In this document: piece after piece, positions 38,601 through 50,963 of the stretch | Layout: each line of letters starts with the position of its first letter | Position numbering within the stretch: position 1 is the stretch's first letter | From: Balanoglossus misakiensis | Lineage: Eukaryota; Animalia; Hemichordata | Reading direction: 5' to 3' | NCBI GenBank assembly: GCA_040954595.2 | Contig: CM082597.2 | Location: 3,991,924-4,055,923, forward strand | DNA length: 64,000 nucleotides | The notes under the pieces: generated by a model | Told to the model about the DNA's origin: nothing | Seen by the model: only the letters and a program-made list of their open reading frames with translations | Database searches by the model: none | Translations under genes and position numbers: made by a program

Positions 38601-41600
38601 GTTTTTACATTCTGTCTACCAGTTAGTTGAATGTTGAATGTCATTTAATACCATGTCTCTGCCAAGCCTGACCTCAGCTAAAGCTAGATAGCCAGGCAGC
38701 CATATTGGATCATGTTCTGTGTTCAATGTTTATGCCTGTGTTTAGATAACTTTATACACAGACACTGAACTATGCCGATTGTTACAAGATGTCCTAAACA
38801 TTCAGTACTTTGTACTCTCAAGAAATCGGAGATAAGTTATTTTCAATAAACTCACTGGCAAGGGCTGTGACATACTCAAGAGGTTACACAGTCAAATCTT
38901 CATTCTGGTTGGACCTTGAATACAAGAATCCCCCCTTCTGCTATGTCATATTGGTGAAGTCTATTTGTACTGGTTGTCTAGCTATTATTTAATATATTCT
39001 AAATTGTACTACTGTAGTTTTATATCTCAGATTACCATGTGACCTACTGCCATATTATAATTAGAATACCTAGCATCTTGTCTTGAATATCTGGGTCATA
39101 TGAGAAAATAAACTGTCTGATCTGAACACTTTGCAGTTTCTATTAAAGTTGACCTCTATTCTTTCCCAAATGAGTTCAAGTTCCTAAATATTGCTGCTAT
39201 GACGGTATTGTAAGATTTGTTTATTGCTGTAAGATTAATTATTTGATAACCGCAATTGTAAATTTACTTTACATTTAGACTGTTTACTAATAGATTTAAA
39301 ATAAACACTACAGATAGAATCTGAATCAAGTACTCTGACAGATTGTATCTTTGCCATGGATGCCATGTCATAGCCTCAGGCTGTGCAATCCACTGATTTC
39401 AAAATTCCTCGGATAGTTTAGACAGGGCTATTTGTCATCCAATATCTGGAGCAGATATCTGTCTGCTCAACTTGGTCAAAGAGAGAGTCCACTCATAATA
39501 ACTTGTGAAAATGAGAAATTTACTTGAGTGAAATCAATCTTTGTAAGCAGTGGCCATGTCACCACACAGGGCAAGCTGCACCTGTCGTCAGCGACTGAAA
39601 GACCCCTTCCAACATGTGTAAAATTCAGTGAAAGAAATTATACTGTCTCTTGGAATTCCAGGCTGGTTGAACTCCACACACATTTTGGCTGGAATTGTCA
39701 ACAAGCCACACACACCCACTCATAATATGTGATCATGGTATGCACACGTCTCTGTTGTAAATCTTGAATGAAACACTGATGATACAAAACATGCCAGGTC
39801 AATAATTGAAGTATCGGATGCCATGCATATAATATACATCATGACTGCAATGTGAGCTGCAGTGTGCCCTCTAAAAAAACATGATTTGAGTCAAGAAGAA
39901 GATTTCTAAAAAATTCTCTGAGTCAGCCCTATACCATTGCATGTAGTGTGGAAAAATTTTCTTGAGTCACCAGTGAGTTTGTTGAGTTAGAGCCGTGTCG
40001 TATGGGCTTAGAGGGCACATTGGTGAGCAGACATTTAAATGTTATAATTTAATAGCTGTGACAGAGACAGGTCACGGATGTCAGGAATCTTGATATAGTC
40101 AAGGATTGTAGAGTCATTTTCCAAAGGATAGAATGTTTGCAGTAGCAAGGTCGGAGGTCACGGTTGATCACTGCATCACAGGTTTCTGTTTACTGTGCAT
40201 ATTCCACAGTTGGGTGTAGTCATGTTGGCCAATTCTTGTAATAAAGACTTCCACTGTCGCTGTGTACAGTGTGTACTTGGTGACAGGAAACAACTCACTG
40301 TTAGTGCTACTTAGTACTTCTGTATTACCAAAAGTTTCAAGACATGAATTCACAACTTACATGTCATTTACTAGTCTCTGTCCATTCATAAATTTGATGG
40401 TTTAATTAGTATAACCACACAGAAAATACAAAGCACAATATGTTGTATTTCTGAGATTTAATAATACTTGCTGGGGTTTCATAAATAAAAATATACCGGT
40501 ACATGTAAATACTGAACACTGATGAAGTATAATTATAATTAAAACATGACAATAACTATAATACATTGTACTTTTATAGGCCTAAATATCACTGATGTAT
40601 TTTTTCCAGATCAACAGGCATTTCGCATTCAACCTGATGAAGTCACATCAGTTAACGGCGGGGCTGATCAAGTCATTTTGATGTGTGTTATAAACGACCG
40701 AGCTGGTGAGGTGCAGTGGACGAAAGATGGGTTTCCTCTGGGAAATATCCGCGATATTCCGGGTTACGACCGATATTCCATGGTCGGTTTTGAACACAAC
40801 GGGGAATTTAATTTGAGGATAGCACCCGTGACTCTGGAGGACGACGGGATTTACCAATGCCAGGTTGGACCGGCGCCGAATCATTCGCATATCGCATCTG
40901 TCCAAGCTCAACTCATAGTACAAAGTAAGTTGCTCGTATAATTCAAAGGTGAAGAATTCCACAGAATGGGTGATGCACTGAGCAAAGCATTGTTATTTAA
41001 AGGGACAAAGTCTCTCTCTTCTTCCCCATTTTGCATTAATTATGTGTGCTACTCACCACAATGAATAATTGGTCTCTACCATTTATTCATTTTGGGCGAG
41101 TTTTTACTCTCATATCATACAAGCAGAATGGAAGTTGTGTGTAGTTGAACTTTCATTCACCACACATACACATGTACATTAAACCCCGGTGCGGGGTATA
41201 AAAGACCCCCCAAATCAGTGGCGAATCTTAATGCCGTTTGACTGACAACAGACAACACCAACGATCTTGGCTCTATGAAAATCGGCCCAAACAGGTCCAA
41301 GCATAAAGAATTACACCACACAACGACAATAGTTGGCTTTATAAACACACACAACATAAAGTTATCGACGAAAAAGTACACGAGTTTTTGAAACAACGAT
41401 GATTTTGGGAGAAATCTGGTTTCAGTGCTTTTCAGAAGCGTCCCGGTGAAACAATAACCACGCCATTCAAACAGCTGTCAATTGCGTAGAGGTGTAAAGT
41501 GTTCAATTATTTTCTATGTACATGAGATCAATTACACAGTCATTATGCACGACGACCACTCCCAAATAAACAACTATACAAACACACGTTAATCCGAACC

Positions 41601-44600
41601 CCAGGACTTTCCGCACCGGGGTTTAACAAAAATGGTGTCTTGTATCAAACATAATTAATGGAAAAAGTGCAGCGAGAGAGAGATTAATAAGATATTAACA
41701 TTGACTGACTCTTTCTGATTTCAGTACCGCCTGACCCACCTGTGATAACCAACAGTCCAGTTGTCACAGTGGATGCAGATGTACCAACAAACTTAACCTG
41801 CAGCTCACAAAATGGTAACCCTGCTCCAACTCTGATCTGGAAGAAAAATGGCGAAGTTGTTACGGGCGCTCCTTATCGAAGCTACTCTGCTGGTATGTAC
41901 ATGTACAGTCACATCAAAAAATAAAATCTGAGCCATGGTTTAATTTTTGACATATATATATTTTATAACATACCTGAAACCATTTTATAACAGAAGACAT
42001 GCTCTGGTATATGAGCGAGACATACAGAACATGTTTGGAAATTTTTAAGTTGCGAGAATTCCTTTGATGTAACTCAGTATCTTTTTTGTCAAAATTTTCA
42101 GGAGATGCGACTGGTAAACTATCCAGTGCAGTGACTGCCCTCGCCATCACACCAACACTGGATGACATCGACTCAGAATTCACCTGTGAATCGATCAACC
42201 TGGCTTTGATATCACCATTGTCAACATCAGTCACACTGAATGTACGATGTAAGTATAGGCATGTGTACAGAATCTGTTTCAGAATATTGTTAGGTGTATA
42301 TATGCAACACTTTTGGTAACTCGTCGTGTTTGTTTTCTGAACTGTGATTGGTCAGTGACGGGTATGTAATTTTTGCACTGATATATTCATCGAGCACATT
42401 ATTTTCGAACTGTTACCCACCAGGTAACCATTCTAACAACTGTAACCTGGAATTTGCATAACTGGACACATGAAGAAAGAATCAATACTCTATCAAGAAG
42501 AAAAATAGATTTAAAAAAAAATCTCATTAAAACAAATTTGTTATGCTAAAAATAAAATGAGCATTTATTCTCAAATCAATAATTTTATGCATTGCTAGAA
42601 ATAAAGTATTAATATTAATAATGATAATAAAAGCAGAAAAAAGGCATCTTCAAAATGGATGATTTTATGCATTGCCAGATATCCCTATAGTAAGTGTCAT
42701 CATGGACCCAGAGATAGCAAGAGAAGGGGACACTGTCTATCTCAAATGTAAAGCCAAAGGAAACCCACAAGATGGCATCACCTACCAGTGGTTGAAAAAT
42801 GGCGTTAGCATGTCTGGCGAGTCGGCAGAGAACACCATGGAATTGGCGGCTGTACCTCTTGGGTATAACGGCATTACTGTCACCTGTGCGGCTAAGAATA
42901 TTATTGGGACTGGAGAGGCATCGGTTACTGTCACTGTGGAGTGTGAGTATTGCTTTGTGTGTTGAAAGTTTAGAATGACAGGCAAAGTACTATGTGTCAT
43001 TGTCAGGTTTTATTTGGTGACAATGTAAGTTTGTAAAATGTTATAATATTTGCTGCTTTAATTTGTATTGACTGTCCACGTTTGATTGCTGTGTTCAGTA
43101 AATATACTGAAATTACAAACTGACATGCAAGCAGTCTAACAGACATTGATTGATTGATTGGTTGATTGATTGGTGCACTGACTGATCAGTCTTACGAAAT
43201 TTACTCCCTGTTTTTTTGGCTCTCGCATAAATTTATTGCTCGCGAAAATAACCCGTTTTGCAGTAACTCCAAAGAAAACTCTTTCTTGACAGACGGTCCC
43301 AGAATAACAACCCCACCCGAGGACACAGCAGTTGACTTGGGCAGCACAGCAACATTCCAATGCGAAGCCTTAGGTAACCCCACACCTAAGATCACCTGGA
43401 AGAGATTGGGAAGCAATGTCTTACTCAGCAGTATGTCAACACTGCAGATTGATAATGTCCATTCGTCGGACAGTGGTGGCTATGTGTGTACAGCTAAGGT
43501 ACCTGGCTTTGATGAGGTCTCTGCTGTGGCTACGCTACATATCAGAAGTGAGTAGACTAGTACATAAATGTCAGTTCTATACATAAAGTGACAAAGTCTC
43601 CTCTCACTGCCCTTTTTCCATTAATTATGTTTGATATAGGGCGCCGTTTATGTTATTCTACATATGGATATATAGTGAATCAATGTTCGACCACACACAA
43701 CATCCATCCCGTTTCAAGGATATGAGAGAAAAAATCTTGCCAAAATGAATAAATGGTAAAGACCGATTATTCATTTTGGTGCAGTTGTTCACTCTTGTGT
43801 CTAGAACCACTTGTTAAAACCTCTATAAACTGGACACCTTTGGAAACCAAACAATTTCTTCATGTCCCTTAGATGTTCAGTTAAGACAGGTTTTACTGTA
43901 TATGGTAGTAATTATCTAATATGGCATTATAATTTGTTTTTCACTTGCTGTGTATAGGTACCCCCGTGATCACAAGCAACCCTACCCAGTTTGCCAAGAT
44001 CGGGAAGACGGCATCTTTGGAGTGTTTCACAAACACCCGGCCACCACCAGACAGAATCCTATGGCAATGGGAAGGTGGAGAGATAGAAGAAGGAAGAAAT
44101 GGCAGATATTCTGCCACTACAGTAAGTGTAAGAGCTCTTTCATGTTTTATGGTAGCTGCTAATTCTAGTCAAATATCTCTTAACCCCATCATTCTTTCGT
44201 CATCCAATAGCTGCATGAAAATGAATACTTTTATAATACGTGGCAACCAAGCTACTTATTATGTCCTATATTGACAGGTGAATGTGTATGGTGGTACGAA
44301 GAGTACATTGAATATTGTAAACATCACAAAGAAGGACCTCATACATTATAATTGTACTGTGTGGAACAGTATAGGATCTGAAGTATTCGCTATAAAGTTA
44401 CGCGAAGAAGGTAAAACATGTTTTAACTGTTTCATCCTAATTTTCTTGAATGTATACTAGTAGCTGCAATTAGTTTATGGCATTAGTTTCATGGATCATC
44501 CGTAATTATACCTTGCCCCTCTAGACCCTGCTTGATGAATTCTTTTTTTAAATCCATTTTCAGAACCTTCGCCACTGGTGATAATCATAGGAGGTGGTGT

Positions 44601-46302
44601 AGCCGGAGGAGCCGCTCTCCTCTTTATCATTGCAATAATTGTTGCGTTGTTACTCAGACACAGAGCAAAGAAACGTCGTAAGTGAAGCATCAAGTATCTG
44701 TCAGAGATTACTTTTCCTTGTCTGTTGTTAACTAATAGTTGTCATATTAATATAGTGATCATGATTGTGTTCGTGAATCTGGCAATCATGTTTAGTACAT
44801 GTTGTGTTTAGTTTTGTAATCAAGTACAGCAAACCTGGTTAACATGGAAACACTGTTGCCAATTTTAACACTCTACATGTACCGGTACAATAATTGTTGC
44901 ATTGTTACTCAGACACAGAGCAAAGAAACGACGTAAGTGAACCAGAGATGTACTTTTATTATCTATTGCTAACTTATATTGGCCTTGTTTGTGAAGATTG
45001 TGTTTGTGAATCTTGCATTCATGTTTAGTACGTGTCGTGTTTAGTTTTGTAATCCAGTTCAGCAAATCTGGTTAACATGGAAACACTGTTGCCAATTTTA
45101 ACACTCTACATGTACACTCTGTGTAGCCATCTGAAACTGTCTATAGATGAATATGAAACACTGTAACCATTGCAGAGCACTGTAAATTTTGCAACAATGT
45201 ATCATCAGTAATCTGTCACTGTCAGAGGTGTACATGTCCTTGTCATGTTAGTGCTAGTGATGATTGTGGTTGTAAATCTTGCTATCATGTTTAGCACGTA
45301 TTTAGTTGAGTTTTGCAATCAAGTTCAGCAAAGCTGTTTAAATTGGAAACAGTGTACCCAATCTAGTATAAACATGTACATTGTAGCCAATTGAATGTGA
45401 AACAGTCAGACGAATATGAAACATTGTAGCTATTGCAGTGCACTGTAATTGTAACATAGTATCATCAGTGTTCAACCTCTCTGTAATATTTGTAGCAATT
45501 TTGTAATGTTTGTGACAGTTACTAGCTACAAAGTTGCAACTTCAAAAGTATCCAGTTTTTTTTTCACGAAGCATATTATATGTTTTCCTTTTCAGAGAGA
45601 AAACTCTCTGAGAAAGAAAGAGTGGAAATTACTCCCTCGGAGCAAAAGGTGGAATCGCATGAACCCTTCTATGCCGAAGATGTCCCGTATGGTACCCTGA
45701 ATAAACCGCGCTACACAGCCCCACCAGAGAACATGTACGGATCTCAGCGATCTCAACCGCGAAGTCGCATGTCTTCTGATTCCCAGTATTCAACACATTC
45801 TGTTGACGCGTACGGAGAACCTCAACCAGCTGATTATCAGGTCTGTGACGTTAACCCTTTCACCCCCAGTTCCTTGTAGAGAGGTCCAATTATTCTATAG
45901 AAAACAATAGATTTGGAACAAATCATTGAGGTGAAAAGGTAGACTCTAGATAAATGTCGCTTATGCCTTCAGTAATCATTTATAAAGAATTGGTGATGAC
46001 CTTTGTTTTGACAGGGACCTGCGGGCTATGGTGTACCTTACGACCGACGTCCATTAGATTTCGACGCCCGGGAATTTGATGATCCCAATTATGACGCAAG
46101 AGGTAATCCAGACAGGGATTATCCTAGTCCCAGGGATTACGACCAGGATTATCCACCACCTGAACCAAGGCCATATGATAATCCCGGACCTCGGCCAGAG
46201 GATGTGGATTATCGTCCACCTTCACGGGCATCGGTCGGTTCCCATCACGATGAATTTTACGGACCACAACCACCACTGGGTACACTGGCTACTAATGTCT
46301 AA
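35608..46302 (+). CDS. KIRREL: Kin of IRRE-like / Neph / SYG-1 family Ig adhesion protein (5 Ig, TM, PDZ-binding tail)
   Basis: Exons 35608-35731 (signal), 40610-40924, 41725-41892, 42102-42248, 42679-42942, 43293-43547, 43958-44121, 44278-44410, 44564-44677 (TM), 45596-45840, 46015-46302. Ig1 GEVQWTKDGFPLG...YSMVG...FNLRI...DDGIYQCQV is typical of Neph/nephrin. No FN3 domain. C-terminus LATNV*. Confidence 0.9.
41179..41626. mobile_element. TTAA-flanked MITE nested inside a Kolobok-like MITE (40997-41682)
   Basis: TTAA-ACCCCGGTGCGG...CCGCACCGGGGT-TTAA interrupts a copy of the 3381-3736 family. Confidence 0.75.
44634..45115. repeat. Tandem duplication (~255 bp) including the 3' end and donor of the KIRREL TM exon
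   Basis: CAATAATTGTTGC.TTGTTACTCAGACACAGAGCAAAGAAACG.CGTAAGTGA at 44634 and 44888. A further degenerate unit lies at ~45250-45470. Confidence 0.85.
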
Positions 46303-48107
46303 CAAGTCGGAGTTCCATTCTGTTACCTGTACTTGCCTTTGTAGAGGTCCAACATCACTAATTTGCAGACAACTGGATCTTGAAAATTACCTTCTCAGCT
46401 TTTGAATACATGCTACAAGAGATAATTGAATAGTGAGATTATTCTTATCAAATTGACATCAGAATAGATGGATGCTTACTGTTTGCCTTCACAAATGTGA
46501 AAAGATGACATAGTATTATTTTTACAAGGTTTGGATGGGTGTTTTTTGTGATACAGAGCATGGTTTTTTCCAAACAAAAATTTTATACTATCAATAATTT
46601 GAATTTTATGGTCTTCTTTAGATTTGTGATAAAAATGTATAGAATTTTAACGAATTAATAAATAGTCGTATAGTCTACTGAGTATGAAAAAAAATTTTTT
46701 TAGCGAAGTTAAAAGTTCTTTTATAACAGAATTGTTGTAATAACAGCTAAGTTATCTTTTTTTACTTCAGAAATGTTAGATTTTAATAATTGCACAAAGA
46801 ACTGTGTGTAAAGTGTTAAGACACATTACACAATTAAGTTTGTGCGATTTGATGTTGTGATACTGTGAACATTTGGCCTGGACCAGTGGAAATAAATTCA
46901 GTTACTGGACTAGCCGTCTCTTGATCAAACCACATAGTGGTGACAAAATTATGTTTTTGTATTGACATATTTGTGTAATAATACATTATTGCAATTACCT
47001 GTAACCTTGCCATCTCTACATTCCCATACAGGTATATTTTTCAACAAATTTCTTTGTATCTTTCACTGTAGAAATTTCTAGCCGTAAATTTTTGCATGAG
47101 TTCATAATGGAAAATCTAATGTCTATTAGTGACATTGATTTAACACAAAAACTGAACTCATTCAGTTTCAGATAAATATTGAAATACATGCAACGCTGAA
47201 GCATTATCAAAATTAAACCTTTCATGTTTTGTCCATTTTGAAATGTACATTGCTGAATTTAACTTCAGATATTGAAACTGATAAAAAATTAATTTTAAAT
47301 TTAGTCTTTATAACTTCTTTTTAGTTTTTCTCTTATCAGTAAAAGCAGTTTCATTCTCAACCTTTTAAAAAAGTTTATGTGCTTTTTTACTCTTGCAAAA
47401 TTAATTTAATATAGGCAAACAGAAGTTCTGCAAAAATTACTGGAACTGTTTTGTATACATGTATATTTTTAATATAAGTGATTTCTGTATCGTAGTATTG
47501 TAATGTTTCATTCTCATGGAATTTACTTCCACAGTAAAATCTTTCTACAATAAAATCTAACTGAAAATTTAAATATTTTTTTTCCGTAAAAATAGCGAAT
47601 TCTATAGTTAGACCCTATTTAATAAATGTAGCTACGTATACATAATTTTGAATTGGTATTATTTGAAGCAGTTGAGTTTTCACATAGAAGTCTTCTGGCC
47701 AGTTTGATCTTCAATGTGCCTTTTGTGTTTTGGAACAGATAATTTAATTCCATAGCTACTTGCATTATGTATAATCTTTTTAGGCAAAAATGAATTAAAA
47801 GTTTTATTTTTCTTTGATAATTCTCTTTTGTGGAGAGGTTTTGAAGACATCAGTCGTACTGAAATAAAGGATTTTATGCAATCGAAGTTGCTGAGATACT
47901 ACTAGTACGCTGTTGTTGCTTTGAACTACTTTTAAAGAAACTCACAGCTGAGTGACCAGCCCTTTCACTCAGCTGAAAAATTCATCCGCGTGCACGCGGC
48001 CATTATAGTTCAAGAAGTTAGGTGACGTCACGAAAATTATCAACACTTGGTGGCGACATTTACAAGTCCCGAACAGACCTCAATCCCCGGCCTCAATCTC
48101 TTTGCCT

Positions 48108-48593
48108 ACCAGGTGCGAATCTGTCTGGCATGTGCGCGTTTTCAATATATATTTAAATAAATTGTAGACAGGCGTGTTGAATTAGGTCAACGGGTCAACG
48201 TAAATTGGAGCGTCTACGTTGCACGCCTGTTCAAAGAGCGTCTAGCCTAATTGACCAATCACAAGTGCTGTGGTCTGCCTGTTTTGGGCTGTAGGTAGTA
48301 ACTGACCAATCAGAATTGTCGGGTCGAAATAAATAATTAATTAGCTCTTTGCCCACCAGGTGCGAATCTGTCTGGCAACGTGCACGTTTTCAATATATAT
48401 TTAAATTTTGTGGACAGGCGCGTTGAATTAGGTCAACGCCCGGGTCAACGTAAATTGGAGTGTCTACTGCATGCCTGTTCAAAGCGTGTCTAGCCTAATT
48501 GACCAATCACAAGTGCTGTAGTCTACCTGTTTTGGTTGCGGGTAGTAACTGACCAATCAGAATTGTCGGGTCGAAATAAATAATTAATTAGCT
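48108..48593. repeat. Tandem duplication 2 x ~248 bp, each unit with two CCAAT boxes
   Basis: ACCAGGTGCGAATCTGTCTGGCA...AATAATTAATTAGCT repeated. Confidence 0.88.
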
Positions 48594-50963
48594 AGACAGG
48601 GCCTCGCTTGCATGACGTGTTTGCTATCTGAACTTCTTGTCCGTACTGCAGTTTATTTTAGCTGAGATGCAGCTATTTGCTCATGTGTCAATAATTTCTT
48701 CACCAGGAAAAACATCAAAAAAGTTGCATATAACAAAGTTTAAAAAAGAAACAAAAATCGTCCACACATAACAGGAAATAATTGTTGAGAAAACTGCTTC
48801 GAGTGACCATTTACTCGCATGCAGCGGCCATTTTAGTTCAAAAAGTTGGGTGACGTCACGAAAATACCCAACATTTGGTGGCGACATTTAGAACAGACTG
48901 CAGACCTAATTAGCATGTCTTCAAAGAAACAAACAATTAGTTTGAGATGCTAGTAAAGTTAATTCCAAACTATAAATGTACACGAAATTAATTGTAACAC
49001 GTTAAAACAATAAAACATATAATTTTGACCAGAATAGGCCCCCATATGACTGGTCTCGTCCATAAGATTATAACCATCTATTTTTACTTTTTCAATCTCT
49101 CTTTTACTTATTTGAAATTCCTTCAGCCCCACCCACAGATTTGTGGGTACAACCTTACTTTGATGGCCTTGTTTATCCCAGTTTATTTTCAAACATCAAC
49201 TGTCCCGACGTTCGTGTCGTGTTGCTGCCTAGAGCAAGTCTCGTCATTTCACATTACAGGTAACAATTTTATTTCCATGTCACACATCTACGTCTAACAG
49301 TAGCAGGTTCTGTGTGATGGTTCCAAAAGCAAATTTTCCGTGTGTTTTAATTGTTTTCTCGCGGATTTGAACATATAAGCTTATGTGCGACCCTGAATAC
49401 TATAGTATATCGAGAACAGTAAAGTAACACATTGCCGAACCACAGATTATAATGTATAATAGTATAGGTGTATTGCCTATAACCAAACTTTTTCGGTGGA
49501 CTTGGGAAACATTATCTTGTGTATTAGTCCCAGAAACGCATCAAGTTTTACTATTTCCGCTTCTTTTACAGGTTTTCTCTCTGATTTTTTCAGTATTTCA
49601 TTCGTTGTTTTCGGTTTACTGGTGTTGTTTTTAAACCATTCGTCCTTTCCAAGGGCAAGTTTTGTGTACGGCAGCGCCCCCGACGGCCTTGCCTTTGTTT
49701 TTATCACGTTTGTCGAGGTCGCTCCGGAACTAACCAAGCGTCACATGATAATCATGTCCCTATCATGGATCCTTCACCAGGGGACCATCTCTTAATTTAA
49801 AATTCCAATTGTGGTTTCTTCACAAATAAACACGTTCACACATTTTTTAATTAATGTACCAGCACTACACATAGGTCGCCATATCTCTTGGAAATTCGCA
49901 GGTCTACCTAGCGTACTGGTTATTAGATGTCGGAAACTGAGCCACTTTTGCCCCCGCCGACCATGGCGGCTCCACTCGGACTTGGAATTCGACTGGTGCG
50001 GAAGATCACGCCGTCGTTTTCGCAGACCACCAGAAATAAAGGGTAAGATATGGACTGTAGTTCACTCGTCGTATAATTTATTCATGATTGGTGCATTGTC
50101 TTCAACGCATTCATTAGTTTTCTAAAGAAGCAACACGTCATACACTCCTACGCGATAATGGTTTCTCAATCGATCGAACCACGATCGTTGCCTTTTTCTC
50201 AGAAATCACTCGTTTTAAACGTTCAGCCATGATGCATATTTCTCACCTATGCTAAATTCTGCAAAATCCGAATCACGGTTTAATTGCAGTAATGACACGA
50301 AAAACAAGGGCTTCATTTACATGTATATGCCGTAAACAATAGGTGTATGTAAATCTGAACTTTGACCTTTTTTCTCAAGATAAATACTGATCAACTCGGA
50401 AGCTGTATAATAAAAATAACAGCAAAACAATAGAAAGCAGGCGCTTGTTTCCCGTTAGAGTAAATGTCACATGCCAGCTGAATTCGATGAGCTTACAGAA
50501 TTCGCTTTGGCCATATGGTTTCCAATAATAAATTGTTTAGACAATGCATGCGTCAAGGGACCAGCTGATGTATATATACACTGTTTAGAATTACGCTGTG
50601 CTATGGAGTCTCGTTGTACACGTTGACATGTCAGCTGTCTGGGAATTGATGATCAGGCTACCGGCATCGGGAAAGTGATCGCTTTTCGATCAAATCGCCG
50701 GCACAAGTTCGCCGATCTCCCGAGGGATAGCTGCTTGTACATATTCTGCAGTGACAGCAGCCAGGACAATAACGGTTTGCCACGGATTGTCTGTTTTTAT
50801 TCTCAAAACACCGGGCGTCGCTGTCAGTGTCAGCAGGGTTTCAGACTTGTTGTCAAGTAATTAGCATCCTTAACGATGGACATTGTCAAAGTCGCCGCGC
50901 CGATTTACATGATTACTTAACCTCAACGTGAGAAAAATTGACGATAGTGTAAACTTTTTCATA

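Noticed and set aside
50675-50860. Alternative first coding exon for SLC37A
   Set aside because: It has a phase-2 donor but no in-frame ATG start and no similarity to the family. 50964-51034 was preferred, though also uncertain.
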